Shown piece after piece: positions 9,827 to 19,152 of a stretch of DNA of 64,000 bases. The notes under the pieces are model-generated. The model saw only the letters and a program-made list of their open reading frames with translations, made no database searches and had not been told where the DNA came from. This stretch comes from Parcubacteria group bacterium LiPW_41 (GTDB taxonomy: Bacteria; Patescibacteriota; Minisyncoccia; UBA6257; GWB1-50-10): positions 32,811 through 96,810 of the forward strand of contig VMEM01000003.1 in NCBI GenBank assembly GCA_007375535.1, in the 5' to 3' direction. A program made the translations under genes and the position numbers. The stretch's first letter is position 1, and every line of letters starts with the position of its first letter.

Positions 9827-10237
9827 TTAGAAGTTTTGAGGGAATCTTTTATAGGTTGTTTTTTTTGAATTCCAACCCTCTGGATATTTGCTCTTTGGTT
9901 TTTCTTTTGCATCAACCTCAGGTTCTTCAATCTCATTTTTTTCGGGTTTTTCACCCTTAAGATCATTGATTTGAGATTGCAGATCTGTTATTGCGTCTGC
10001 ATCTTTTTCTTGGCGTTCTTCAACACCGGTTATTCTTTCTTCATGATTTTTTAAGGTTTTATCAACCTTCTTTTTCCACTGAGTGTGAGAATTTTTTGAA
10101 ACTGTTTCAATTTTTTTATTCTCGACTTCCTTGGAAGAAGGGGAGAAGATATTAGTGAGGCAGTACAATCCGAAAACGAAAAGCGCTAGAACCAAAATAA
10201 CGCCAGCAACAACTTGAAGAATTTGTCTTCCAGTCAT
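9827..10237 (-). CDS. Membrane-anchored coiled-coil protein (hypothetical)
   Basis: One N-terminal TM helix, then a charged K/E-rich helical region. Confidence 0.5.
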   Translation of the reverse strand: MTGRQILQVVAGVILVLALFVFGLYCLTNIFSPSSKEVENKKIETVSKNSHTQWKKKVDKTLKNHEERITGVEERQEKDADAITDLQSQINDLKGEKPEKNEIEEPEVDAKEKPKSKYPEGWNSKKTTYKRFPQNF

Positions 10238-10344
10238 AATGAGCTCCTTTATATATTTGTTTAAGATGAAAACATTGTATTATATATTGGTGATTTTGTC
10301 AACCACATGGAGAAATGTATAAACCTTGACAAATACGTCTAATA

Positions 10345-10373
10345 TTGACTTTTTCTCACTTTTGCGGTACAAT
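10345..10373 (+). promoter_or_regulatory. Sigma-70-type promoter TTGACT-N17-TACAAT for the first surface-protein gene
   Basis: Exact -35 TTGACT (10345-10350), 17-nt spacer, -10 TACAAT (10368-10373). RBS AAAGGAGAAAAA precedes ATG 10413. Confidence 0.5.
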
Positions 10374-10412
10374 TCAACCATTCTTTAATAACATAAAAAA
10401 GGAGAAAAAAAT

Positions 10413-12422
10413 ATGAAAAAGATAATCTTTTTCTTTTTATTTGCTGTAATGTTTTCAACCTTGGGTTTTGCCCAGGTGAGCAATGTTTTCAGAGATTACA
10501 ATTCTGTAAAAGGGGAAAAAATTGAAGTTTCTTGGATTACACCAAAGCTCGACGATATGTCTGAAATTCGTATATATGATGGAAAGATTTCATCTGTTGC
10601 GGATTTGAAAATGGCAAAACGAATAGAAACAGTTTTACCCATTCCAGGAGAGAGGCAATCAGTCTATTCTTCTAAGTTTGGTGATATAACAGTTGTTGTA
10701 ATTGGAACTTTTGGGGAAATTAAATCAATTAATATAATTTCTTCATCCTTATGCGAAACCTTTTATGTTGCGCCGTTAAATAGTGCATCTCTCAAAAAGG
10801 AAACTTCAGTTCAATCTATTTCTGGTGTCGATTTACCTGTTTTAGTTGGGTATGAAAACTTAACTGAAAAAGGAGTTGAACTCAGTGATATCGCACAAGA
10901 AGGAAAGTCGTTCAAATTCTTTATGAATACGACGACTCTTGCAGGTAATCGATATATGAAGCTGGCCGCACCGCTTGGTCGGGATATAACATTCCCTAAA
11001 GGGTCAAAAATTAGTGGAAATATGATGGTTCCTGCACCTCTTGGTGATGTTCAGTTATCGGTTACCCTTAAAAAAGCTGGTGTTGTCATTATGAACTCAG
11101 CACTCTACCAAATTTCGAAAGGTGATTGGAGAAGACAAAGTTTCCAATTCCCTGAGATTGATGGTGTGTTTGATGAGGTACAGTTAAATTTTTCTTATCT
11201 TCAGAATGAGTCAGGTCTTCGAAATTTGTTCCTTGATGGCGTTTACGTTGTTACTGGAACTACCGAAGTATTAATTGATGATTGTAATGGAACTGGATCC
11301 TCAGTTACAAAGCCCGGCGTGACGACATTAGGAAATCCATTAAATGGGATGACTGGTGTGAGTATCACACCAACATTTACTTACAATCAAACAATAAATA
11401 CAACACAGTACCAACTTCAAGTTTTAACGAAGAATGGAACTGTTGTATATGATCAAAAAAATGCTGCAGTAACTACTACACTAACTACTCCGCTTGCATA
11501 CAACACACAATATGATTGGCGTGTAAAATGCTGGAACGGAAGCACACCAAGTGATAATTGGAGTGCAACATTTAGTTTTACAACAATTACTCAGGTAGTT
11601 TCCGTGCCAGTATTCACCATTGCAAGTCGTGATGATTCTCAAAATTTCATCACGCTCAATTGGAGTGGTGGAGAAGTTGAATTTCAATTGATGAATATGG
11701 GTGGAACAGTTTTACAAAATCCATCTTCTTCAGTATCACCATTTGTATTCTCTAGTTTGGCTGACGGAGATTATCAACTAAGAGGAAGGTTCAAGAATCC
11801 TCAGAGTGATTGGAGTCAGACAATTTTGTTTAAGGTAAGAACACAGGTTGTTGTCATTCTTCCAACTATTCAAACCCCAACAAACAACAGTACCGGAAAT
11901 CCAGTTTTAACTGTTGTTTCTTTTACTGGAAATGCTCAGAGTTATGAAATTATGGTTGCAAGAAATTCAGAATTCACCAATGATCCTCGGACACATACAA
12001 CTACAACAAGTCCATTTTCGATCCCGGGCCTTGCTCCATCAACGACATATTATCTGAAGATGAGAGCAAAAATTGGAAATACATATTCTGCATATACTGC
12101 AACAATAAATTTCATGACGATCGGAACTACTGGAGTGGATGAAAATAATTCTTTGCCGACAAAATTTAATTTGTTGCAGAATTATCCAAATCCATTCAAT
12201 CCAAGTACACTTATTCAATTCTCCTTGCCTGCTTCTTCTTTAGTAAAAATATCAATATTTGATGTTGCTGGTAGGGAAGTGAAGCAGTTAATAAATCAGG
12301 AATTTTCTGGCGGTACTCACTCCGTACGTTTTGATGGAGTAGGAATGGCGTCTGGAATGTATATTTATGCTGTCCAGACAAGATTCGGGTTACTTTCAAA
12401 GAAAATGACCCTGGTAAAATAG
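10413..12422 (+). CDS. Secreted multi-domain surface protein with fibronectin type III-like repeats and a T9SS-type (Por_Secre_tail-like) C-terminal sorting domain
   Basis: Signal peptide MKKIIFFFLFAVMFSTLGFAQ. Three FN3-like repeats (YDWRVKCWNGS..WSATFSFTT pattern). C-terminus LLQNYPNPFNPSTLIQFSLP...ISIFDVAGREVKQL...GTHSVRFDG...SGMYIYAVQT...KKMTLVK matches the T9SS C-terminal domain consensus. Confidence 0.7.
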   Translation: MKKIIFFFLFAVMFSTLGFAQVSNVFRDYNSVKGEKIEVSWITPKLDDMSEIRIYDGKISSVADLKMAKRIETVLPIPGERQSVYSSKFGDITVVVIGTFGEIKSINIISSSLCETFYVAPLNSASLKKETSVQSISGVDLPVLVGYENLTEKGVELSDIAQEGKSFKFFMNTTTLAGNRYMKLAAPLGRDITFPKGSKISGNMMVPAPLGDVQLSVTLKKAGVVIMNSALYQISKGDWRRQSFQFPEIDGVFDEVQLNFSYLQNESGLRNLFLDGVYVVTGTTEVLIDDCNGTGSSVTKPGVTTLGNPLNGMTGVSITPTFTYNQTINTTQYQLQVLTKNGTVVYDQKNAAVTTTLTTPLAYNTQYDWRVKCWNGSTPSDNWSATFSFTTITQVVSVPVFTIASRDDSQNFITLNWSGGEVEFQLMNMGGTVLQNPSSSVSPFVFSSLADGDYQLRGRFKNPQSDWSQTILFKVRTQVVVILPTIQTPTNNSTGNPVLTVVSFTGNAQSYEIMVARNSEFTNDPRTHTTTTSPFSIPGLAPSTTYYLKMRAKIGNTYSAYTATINFMTIGTTGVDENNSLPTKFNLLQNYPNPFNPSTLIQFSLPASSLVKISIFDVAGREVKQLINQEFSGGTHSVRFDGVGMASGMYIYAVQTRFGLLSKKMTLVK

Positions 12423-12425
12423 ATA

Positions 12426-12453
12426 CAACCGCCCCAATGGGGCGGTCTTTTTA
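12426..12453 (+). terminator. Intrinsic terminator after the first surface-protein gene
   Basis: Hairpin accgcccca-atgg-ggcggt followed by a T-run. Confidence 0.7.
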
Positions 12454-12456
12454 TAC

Positions 12457-12485
12457 TTGACTTTTTTCTATTTATAGTATACAAT
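12457..12485 (+). promoter_or_regulatory. Sigma-70-type promoter TTGACT-N17-TACAAT for the second surface-protein gene
   Basis: Same hexamers and spacing as the promoter at 10345. Confidence 0.5.
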
Positions 12486-12493
12486 ATTGACAC

Positions 12494-14857
12494 ATGAAAA
12501 AATATTCAGTACTAGCATTTTTGGTCGGAATATTAGCACTTGTGCCAGTAACCTATGCGGCACCAGTGTCTCTTTCTGCGTCTGCAACGGGGCAGAACTC
12601 AGTATCTCTTTCTTGGACTACTGATGTTGATATTACTTCACACCAGGTATTTTATTCTACGAGCGCATTAAACGATTCAAACGTTTTATCCGCACAATCG
12701 TATAGTTCAATGCCACCATCAGCACCAAACGCTTCACAGTCAGTGACAATTTCTGGACTTACTGCAGGAACGACATATTACTTTGCATATCGTTTTGTTG
12801 ATACTATAGGAAATTCTTTTGTTTCTTATTCATCTGCACAAACTCAGCAAGCTTCTGGTGGTGGAGGAGGAAATGGGGGAGGAGGTGGAAGTGGAACGCC
12901 AGCACCAACACCTGTTGCAAACTTTTCTGCAACACCAGGATCAACATATGTTGATTTAAGTTGGGATACTCCTGTATCAACAGTGCTTTCTCAGTTTGAA
13001 GTTCACTATAGTACAAATCAAATGGTGGGAACTACATTCTCATCAAACTTTTCTCCAGCGGGAGTTCCATTACCGATATCGGGAACAAGACAAAGTGTTC
13101 GTGTTGATGGACTTACTGCAGGAACCACTTATTACTTTGGTATTCGCACTATAAACGTTGTTGGTGAAGCGTCTTCAATTAGTTATAGTTCAACACAAAC
13201 AACTGGAGGACAAAATGGTGGTGGAGGAACTACAATTCCTGATCCGATTGCTGTAACAAATATTACTGCGGTAAGATTTGGAACTTCTGCAACACTTGCA
13301 TGGGATACTCCAAATGTGACCATGCTTTCTCAGTTTGAAGTAAAGGGAAGCACAAGTGAAATAAATTCTACAAATATTTCTTCACTTTCAGTGATTTCTG
13401 GTGCCCCACTTCCAATCCCTGGAACACGACAATCGTTTGTTGTTTCAAATATTCCTGCAACCGGTGCATATTATTTTTCGATTCGTACTGTTAACACCGT
13501 TGGAAGGTTTTCTCCAATCACTACCGTTAATATACTTGATGATATAAATGGAGTTCGTCCAGTTTCAAATCTTACTGGAAATGGAGGAAATGCCTTTATT
13601 GACCTTGGATGGGATACTCCAACATCAACAAATTCTTCAATGTTTGATATTCGTTGTTCTTCTTCAGAACTTAATGCATCAAACTTTACTTCTGGAGCTA
13701 TTGTAAGTGGTGCGCCACTTCCAATTCCTGGAACTAAACAAGGAGTTCGCGTTCCAAGTCTTACTAATGGAACTAAATATTGGTGTGGAGTTCGCGTTCA
13801 AAATACCATTGGTGAATATTCTTCTATTGTATTTGTATCGGCAACACCTTCATCAGGTGGTGGAGGAGGCGGAGGTGGTGGCGGTGGAGGCGGGGGCGGA
13901 GGAGGGGGAACCCCGACAACGATTGGTTCGCCATCAATTGTTATTAATGATGGTGCAATAAAGACTGATCGAACACTTGTTACTCTCACTCTTTCAGCAA
14001 CAAATGCGAACGAAATGATGATTTCGAATAATGAAGATTTTCGTGATGCAAAGTGGGAGCCATACACAACAAAAACACAGTGGGTATTACCATGGGGAAA
14101 CGGTGGAAAAATTGTATATGCGAAATTTAGAAATTCATATACTGTTTCTGCAGGACCGGTATCTGATTCGATTATTTTAGAAATCGGAACGGTTACGCCA
14201 CCAGTTGTTCCGCCGGTAATTATCATTGAGCCAGTTGCTCCAGTGATTCCAGTTGGAAACCGACCATATACAACAATTATTTCTATTTCACCAAGTGAAA
14301 TATATATTCCAAGCGAAGACAAGGTTGTTGTTGTACTTACTGCTCATCCAGGTGAATCACCAAAATATGGAGCACATCTTGAGTTAGATTATCCAACCGA
14401 TATATTGACCGTTGATACTGTTGATTATGGTGATGGATGGGTGCCTGAATATGAGCCAGCATATAACTATGACAATGCTATTTCAGGAAGACTCATTAAA
14501 ACTGCAGGACATGGTTCATTTAACGAACCAATACATTTTGCAACAATAACATTTACTGTGAAGAAGTCGGGAGTGGGAATGTTTGATACAAACTCATTCA
14601 GTGCACTTCGAGAATTACCTGAATATAAAACTGGTACATATCTCACTCAAGCAAACTCATCTGTTATTGATTCAAATGTAGGGAAGACACGTCTTATGTT
14701 TGCAAATCTTGTTTCTCTTACGACTCAAGATAATACTATTGCAGTCTTAAGTGCATTCATATTCTTGTTCCTCTGTTACGTTGCATACGTTATTTCAATG
14801 CATCGCACTGGACGAAGAGAATTTGTATTGCCACTTCCACTTAAGAAACAAAAATAA
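12494..14857 (+). CDS. Large cell-surface protein with five fibronectin type III repeats, Gly-rich linkers and a C-terminal transmembrane anchor
   Basis: Signal peptide. Repeats of the form LSWTT/LSWDTP...LTAGTTYYF. Gly-rich linkers including an 18-residue poly-Gly. C-terminal hydrophobic helix IAVLSAFIFLFLCYVAYVISM plus a basic tail. Confidence 0.7.
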   Translation: MKKYSVLAFLVGILALVPVTYAAPVSLSASATGQNSVSLSWTTDVDITSHQVFYSTSALNDSNVLSAQSYSSMPPSAPNASQSVTISGLTAGTTYYFAYRFVDTIGNSFVSYSSAQTQQASGGGGGNGGGGGSGTPAPTPVANFSATPGSTYVDLSWDTPVSTVLSQFEVHYSTNQMVGTTFSSNFSPAGVPLPISGTRQSVRVDGLTAGTTYYFGIRTINVVGEASSISYSSTQTTGGQNGGGGTTIPDPIAVTNITAVRFGTSATLAWDTPNVTMLSQFEVKGSTSEINSTNISSLSVISGAPLPIPGTRQSFVVSNIPATGAYYFSIRTVNTVGRFSPITTVNILDDINGVRPVSNLTGNGGNAFIDLGWDTPTSTNSSMFDIRCSSSELNASNFTSGAIVSGAPLPIPGTKQGVRVPSLTNGTKYWCGVRVQNTIGEYSSIVFVSATPSSGGGGGGGGGGGGGGGGGGTPTTIGSPSIVINDGAIKTDRTLVTLTLSATNANEMMISNNEDFRDAKWEPYTTKTQWVLPWGNGGKIVYAKFRNSYTVSAGPVSDSIILEIGTVTPPVVPPVIIIEPVAPVIPVGNRPYTTIISISPSEIYIPSEDKVVVVLTAHPGESPKYGAHLELDYPTDILTVDTVDYGDGWVPEYEPAYNYDNAISGRLIKTAGHGSFNEPIHFATITFTVKKSGVGMFDTNSFSALRELPEYKTGTYLTQANSSVIDSNVGKTRLMFANLVSLTTQDNTIAVLSAFIFLFLCYVAYVISMHRTGRREFVLPLPLKKQK
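13858..13911 (+). repeat. Imperfect (GGN)18 trinucleotide tract encoding poly-glycine inside the surface-protein gene
   Basis: ggtggtggaggaggcggaggtggtggcggtggaggcgggggcggaggaggggga read directly from the sequence. Confidence 0.8.
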
Positions 14858-14884
14858 AAATTGTTGAGCGGCGCAGTCCGTAAC

Positions 14885-14920
14885 AATCCCGCACCTTTTA
14901 CAAAAGGGTGCGGGATTTTG
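14885..14920 (+). terminator. Intrinsic terminator after the second surface-protein gene
   Basis: Hairpin aatcccgcacc-ttttacaaaa-ggtgcgggatt followed by a T-run. Confidence 0.7.
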
Positions 14921-14988
14921 ACTTGTGTTAAACAAACACGTATTCTTCTTATATAAACCCCCTGATTTTTGGAAGTGGGGGGATTTCA

Positions 14989-17520
14989 ATGTATATGAAT
15001 GACAAAATTATTATAAAAGGTGCTCGAGAGCACAATCTAAAAAATATAAATCTAGAAATACCACGAAACAAATTAGTGGTATTTACTGGGCTTTCTGGAT
15101 CAGGAAAATCTTCACTTGCGTTTGATACTATTTTTGCTGAGGGACAACGAAGATATATTGAGTCACTTTCTGCATATGCGCGTCAGTTTTTGGGAAAGCT
15201 TGATAAGCCAGATGTTGATGAAATTGAAGGATTGTCTCCAGCAATTTCTATTGACCAAAAGAGTCACTCAGCAAATCCACGATCTACAGTTGCAACAATA
15301 ACGGAGATTTATGATTATCTTCGCGTCTTATTTGCTCGTGCGGGAAAACCACATTGTCCGAAATGTGGACATTTGATTGTGAGAAGAACAATTGAAGAAA
15401 TTGTTGATGCAACGATTCTTATAGCAAAAGAAAATAAGAGTGACAAAAATATTGTACTCCTTGCACCAGTGGTGAGGGGGAGAAAGGGAGAGTATTATCA
15501 AATGCTTTATGATTTTTTGAATATTGGATTTAGTGAGGTTCGTGTTGATGGAAAATATTATTCTTTGCGAGACAAGATTGAATTGTCACGATACAAACAA
15601 CACACTATTGATTTAGTCATCGATAGAATTCCAGCGCGCACTGATTTCAAGCAAAAAGATAACCGTTTGAGACTTTCTGAGGCGATTGAGTCAGCACTTA
15701 AACATGGAGGAGATACAGTAACCATTGTCACTGATAAGGAGACACCATTATCAGCACAATTTACCTGTCCGAATGATGGATTTTCATTTCCTGAAATTGA
15801 ACCACGACTTTTCTCATTTAACAGCCCATTTGGTGCCTGTGAAGCATGTAATGGACTTGGTACTGAGAGTATTTGGTCAGACAAGCCATGTCCGCAGTGT
15901 GCGGGGAAACGATTAAAAGAAGAGGCACTTTCGGTACTCATTGCTGATAAGAATATTGCAACAGTAGTTGGATATTCAGTTGAGCAGGCGATGGCGTTTT
16001 TTGAAAAAGTTGAGAAGACAAAAAATGAGAGATTTAAGGGAATTGCGGAAGTCCCACTTCGAGAAATAAAAAATCGTCTCAGGTTTTTATATGATGTAGG
16101 ACTCGAATATTTAACTTTGGATCGAAGAGCGGGTACTCTTTCTGGGGGAGAGGCACAACGAATTCGTTTGGCTTCACAAATTGGCTCTCGACTTGTTGGA
16201 GCGCTTTATGTGCTTGATGAACCAACCATTGGTTTGCATCAGCGCGATAATGATAAATTAATTCATACATTGAAAGAACTTCGTGATCTTGGAAATACTG
16301 TGCTTGTTGTTGAGCACGACGAAGAAACAATTCGTGAGGCAGACTATCTAGTTGATATTGGTCCTGGTGCGGGAGTGCATGGAGGATACATTATTGCGCA
16401 AGGAGAGATGCCAAAATTATTAAAAGACACAACACAGAAATCTCTTACATTAGATTTTTTGCGTGGAAAAGAATTTATTGAAGTTCCTAAAGAACGAAGA
16501 CGAGTAACAAAAGATCATGATTGCATAAAAATTAAAGGCGCAACAGAAAACAATTTAAAAAACATTGACGTACAGATTCCGCTTAGACGATTTACTGCAA
16601 TTACCGGCGTTTCTGGTTCTGGAAAATCAACACTTCTTTATGATGTGTTATATAAAGTTCTTGCAAATCGTTTTAATGGAGCTAATTTTCGACTTCATGG
16701 ATACAATCAAATTACTGGACTTGAATATATCAATCGCGTGATAAACATCGATCAGTCTCCGATTGGACGAACGCCGCGATCAAATCCTGCAACATATGTT
16801 GGTGCGTGGACGTATATCCGTGATTTATTTACCGCGACAGAAGATGCGCGTGTGAGAGGATACAAACCGGGTCGGTTTAGTTTTAATGTAAAAGGAGGGA
16901 GGTGCGAAAATTGTGAGGGACATGGACTTATTGCAATTGAGATGCACTTTTTACCAACGGTATATGTTACGTGTGATATATGTAAGGGAAAGCGATTTGA
17001 TAGAGAAACACTTGAAGTAAAATACCAAGGAAAAAACATTCACGAAGTACTTACAATGACAATTGAGGAGGCTGAAAAGTTTTTCCAAGACATTCCATGG
17101 CTTCACGACCGTTTGAAAATCCTTAACGAGGTTGGATTGGGATATCTACAACTTGGACAATCAGCAACAACACTTTCTGGGGGAGAGGCACAGCGAATAA
17201 AACTTTCAGCAGAGTTGGGGAAGAGAGATACGCAAAAAACTATTTATCTTCTTGATGAACCGACAACAGGACTTCATTTCGCTGATATTCAAAAATTGTT
17301 GGAAGTTCTCCAACGACTTGTAGCAAAAGGGAATACTATTGTGGTTATTGAACATAATTTAGATGTAATAAAATCAGCCGATTGGGTAATTGATTTGGGA
17401 CCTGAAGGGGGAGTAAAAGGAGGAGAGGTGGTGGTTGCGGGGACGCCAGAAGATGTTGCACGAAAGGGATTTAGTTTCACTGGGCAATATTTGAAAAAAG
17501 TATTAAATCCAAAGAAGTAA
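14989..17520 (+). CDS. uvrA: Excinuclease ABC subunit A. Compact form that appears to lack the insertion domain of ATP-binding module I.
   Basis: 843 aa. Two ABC modules ([28 protein letters not shown]), signature LSGGEAQRI twice, and zinc-finger cysteines. E. coli has about 120 aa between CxxC and the signature region of module I; here that is about 20 aa ([20 protein letters not shown]). Confidence 0.9.
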   Translation: MYMNDKIIIKGAREHNLKNINLEIPRNKLVVFTGLSGSGKSSLAFDTIFAEGQRRYIESLSAYARQFLGKLDKPDVDEIEGLSPAISIDQKSHSANPRSTVATITEIYDYLRVLFARAGKPHCPKCGHLIVRRTIEEIVDATILIAKENKSDKNIVLLAPVVRGRKGEYYQMLYDFLNIGFSEVRVDGKYYSLRDKIELSRYKQHTIDLVIDRIPARTDFKQKDNRLRLSEAIESALKHGGDTVTIVTDKETPLSAQFTCPNDGFSFPEIEPRLFSFNSPFGACEACNGLGTESIWSDKPCPQCAGKRLKEEALSVLIADKNIATVVGYSVEQAMAFFEKVEKTKNERFKGIAEVPLREIKNRLRFLYDVGLEYLTLDRRAGTLSGGEAQRIRLASQIGSRLVGALYVLDEPTIGLHQRDNDKLIHTLKELRDLGNTVLVVEHDEETIREADYLVDIGPGAGVHGGYIIAQGEMPKLLKDTTQKSLTLDFLRGKEFIEVPKERRRVTKDHDCIKIKGATENNLKNIDVQIPLRRFTAITGVSGSGKSTLLYDVLYKVLANRFNGANFRLHGYNQITGLEYINRVINIDQSPIGRTPRSNPATYVGAWTYIRDLFTATEDARVRGYKPGRFSFNVKGGRCENCEGHGLIAIEMHFLPTVYVTCDICKGKRFDRETLEVKYQGKNIHEVLTMTIEEAEKFFQDIPWLHDRLKILNEVGLGYLQLGQSATTLSGGEAQRIKLSAELGKRDTQKTIYLLDEPTTGLHFADIQKLLEVLQRLVAKGNTIVVIEHNLDVIKSADWVIDLGPEGGVKGGEVVVAGTPEDVARKGFSFTGQYLKKVLNPKK

Positions 17521-17542
17521 TTTGTGTTAGGATAATAATATA

Positions 17543-18412
17543 ATGGCAGCACAGAAACAGACTAAAAAAGTTGGTTTAGCTCTTGGTGGGGGTGGCGCAA
17601 AAGGCATTGCCCACATTGGTGTTATAAAGGAACTTGAGAAAGCAGGAATTGAAATTTCTTTTATTTCGGGAACTAGCATGGGCGCATTAGTTGGTGGGTT
17701 TTATGCGGCAACAAAAGATATTCAGTTTTTGGAAGATTTTTTCACCTCTATTCAAAAAGATGATATTTTTCCATCAACACACATGATGCGAAAAAAGGAT
17801 GGGGAAATGTTTAAACATAGCTTGTTGGAAAAAATAAAAGAAAAAATAAAGGGAGTAAATATTCAGGACACAAAGATTCCATTTTCTGCTATTGCAACAG
17901 ATGTTGAGGTTGGAGATGAAATTGTATTGCGCGAAGGGAATCTTCTCGATGCTATTCAAGCATCAACCGCACTTCCTTTTGTATTTCCTCCTGCGCGGAT
18001 TGATGGGCGAGTGCTGATGGATGGGGGATTTGTAAATCCAATTCCTGCAGATGTAGTTCGAAATATGGGAGCGGAATGTGTGATAGCCGTCGATGTTTCA
18101 AGTAAGTGGATTAATCTTGAAAAGGAGTCATTAAACCCAATAAAGGTATATTCAATGCTTCCTCATGCATTGTCTATTGTTGAATACCAACTCGCACGCA
18201 CTATTTTAAAAAACGCTGATGTAGTGCTTAATCCATCAGTACTTGAATATCATTGGAATGATTTTGAATTTGGAAAAGAAATTTTGAAACTTGGAATAAA
18301 GGAGACAAAAGAACATATGAGAGATATTTATAAAAGTGTTGGAATTATTCCACCAAAAAAGAAACCAATCGATACTTTTGCAGATCTTATTTTTTACGGA
18401 ATTGAAGAATAA
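17543..18412 (+). CDS. Patatin-like phospholipase
   Basis: GGGGAKGIAHIGV oxyanion motif, GTSMG nucleophile elbow and a catalytic DGG region. Confidence 0.8.
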   Translation: MAAQKQTKKVGLALGGGGAKGIAHIGVIKELEKAGIEISFISGTSMGALVGGFYAATKDIQFLEDFFTSIQKDDIFPSTHMMRKKDGEMFKHSLLEKIKEKIKGVNIQDTKIPFSAIATDVEVGDEIVLREGNLLDAIQASTALPFVFPPARIDGRVLMDGGFVNPIPADVVRNMGAECVIAVDVSSKWINLEKESLNPIKVYSMLPHALSIVEYQLARTILKNADVVLNPSVLEYHWNDFEFGKEILKLGIKETKEHMRDIYKSVGIIPPKKKPIDTFADLIFYGIEE

Positions 18413-18436
18413 AAAATCCCCACATAGGTGGGGATT
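18410..18436. terminator. Bidirectional terminator hairpin between the patatin gene (+) and tdk (-)
   Basis: aaaaaatccccacataggtggggattt. The A-run gives a T-run on the minus strand, serving tdk. Confidence 0.6.
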
Positions 18437-18439
18437 TCA

Positions 18440-19057
18440 TTACGCTGTTGGTGGTTTTTCTGGTAGCTCATGGTGTTTATGGCAACGCGCCTCATAACAT
18501 TCAGCTCCACCGACGAGTTCGACCGCATCAGAATATTTTGCTGGTTTTCCATCAATAATTCGTTGAGGAAGCTGTGCTTCTTCTCCGCAGATCTTACAAC
18601 ATGAAGTAAGAAGTAAAAGATCGTATGTCGTTTCAACAAGTCCTAAGAGCGATACGCTGTGTGGAAATGGCTCTCCTCTAAAATCTAACTTTAGGCCGGC
18701 AGCAATGACGTCATATCCATTATTAAGTAGGTGATCAATTACTTGATAGATATTGCACGAGAAAAATTGAACCTCATCAATTCCTACGACATCAAGTTTC
18801 CTTCCAATTTCCCATTCTCTCAATTTAATCTTTTTAAGAATTTCATATGCGTCTCCTTCAAGAATATCAATTGCTGGAAATGTGACATCTTTGGCAGTTT
18901 TTAATAATCCAGTTCCGCTTCGTGTGTCTTTTGCAGGTTTAAATGCACATACTATTTTATGTTTATATTCTCGAGAGCGAACCAAGCGGTTGATGAGTTC
19001 CTCTGTTTTCCCAGCAAACATATTACCGAGAATAAGGATAAATTTTCCTCTTTCCAT
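18440..19057 (-). CDS. tdk: Thymidine kinase
   Basis: 205 aa. P-loop GNMFAGKTEEL and C-terminal zinc ribbon CCKICGEEA...CHKHH. Confidence 0.9.
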   Translation of the reverse strand: MERGKFILILGNMFAGKTEELINRLVRSREYKHKIVCAFKPAKDTRSGTGLLKTAKDVTFPAIDILEGDAYEILKKIKLREWEIGRKLDVVGIDEVQFFSCNIYQVIDHLLNNGYDVIAAGLKLDFRGEPFPHSVSLLGLVETTYDLLLLTSCCKICGEEAQLPQRIIDGKPAKYSDAVELVGGAECYEARCHKHHELPEKPPTA

Positions 19058-19152
19058 AACGTTTCTCCTAATTTGTGAATGTTTCTACTTCTAATAAACC
19101 AAAAAAATAAAAAGCGTGCAAAGGTGACAAACTATGTGTAGAATGGCGATAT

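Noticed and set aside
10413-12422. Interpreting the T9SS sorting domain as proof of Bacteroidota origin or contamination of the whole contig
   Set aside because: Flanking genes (UvrB, DUF167, Gmad2, UvrA with identical promoter grammar) are compositionally and architecturally uniform with the rest of the window. A local chimera remains possible but is not supported by anything visible.
13798-14322. Minus-strand ORF of 174 aa with a poly-proline run
   Set aside because: It is the reverse complement of the poly-Gly tract inside the well-supported plus-strand surface-protein gene. No independent start, RBS or other signal.
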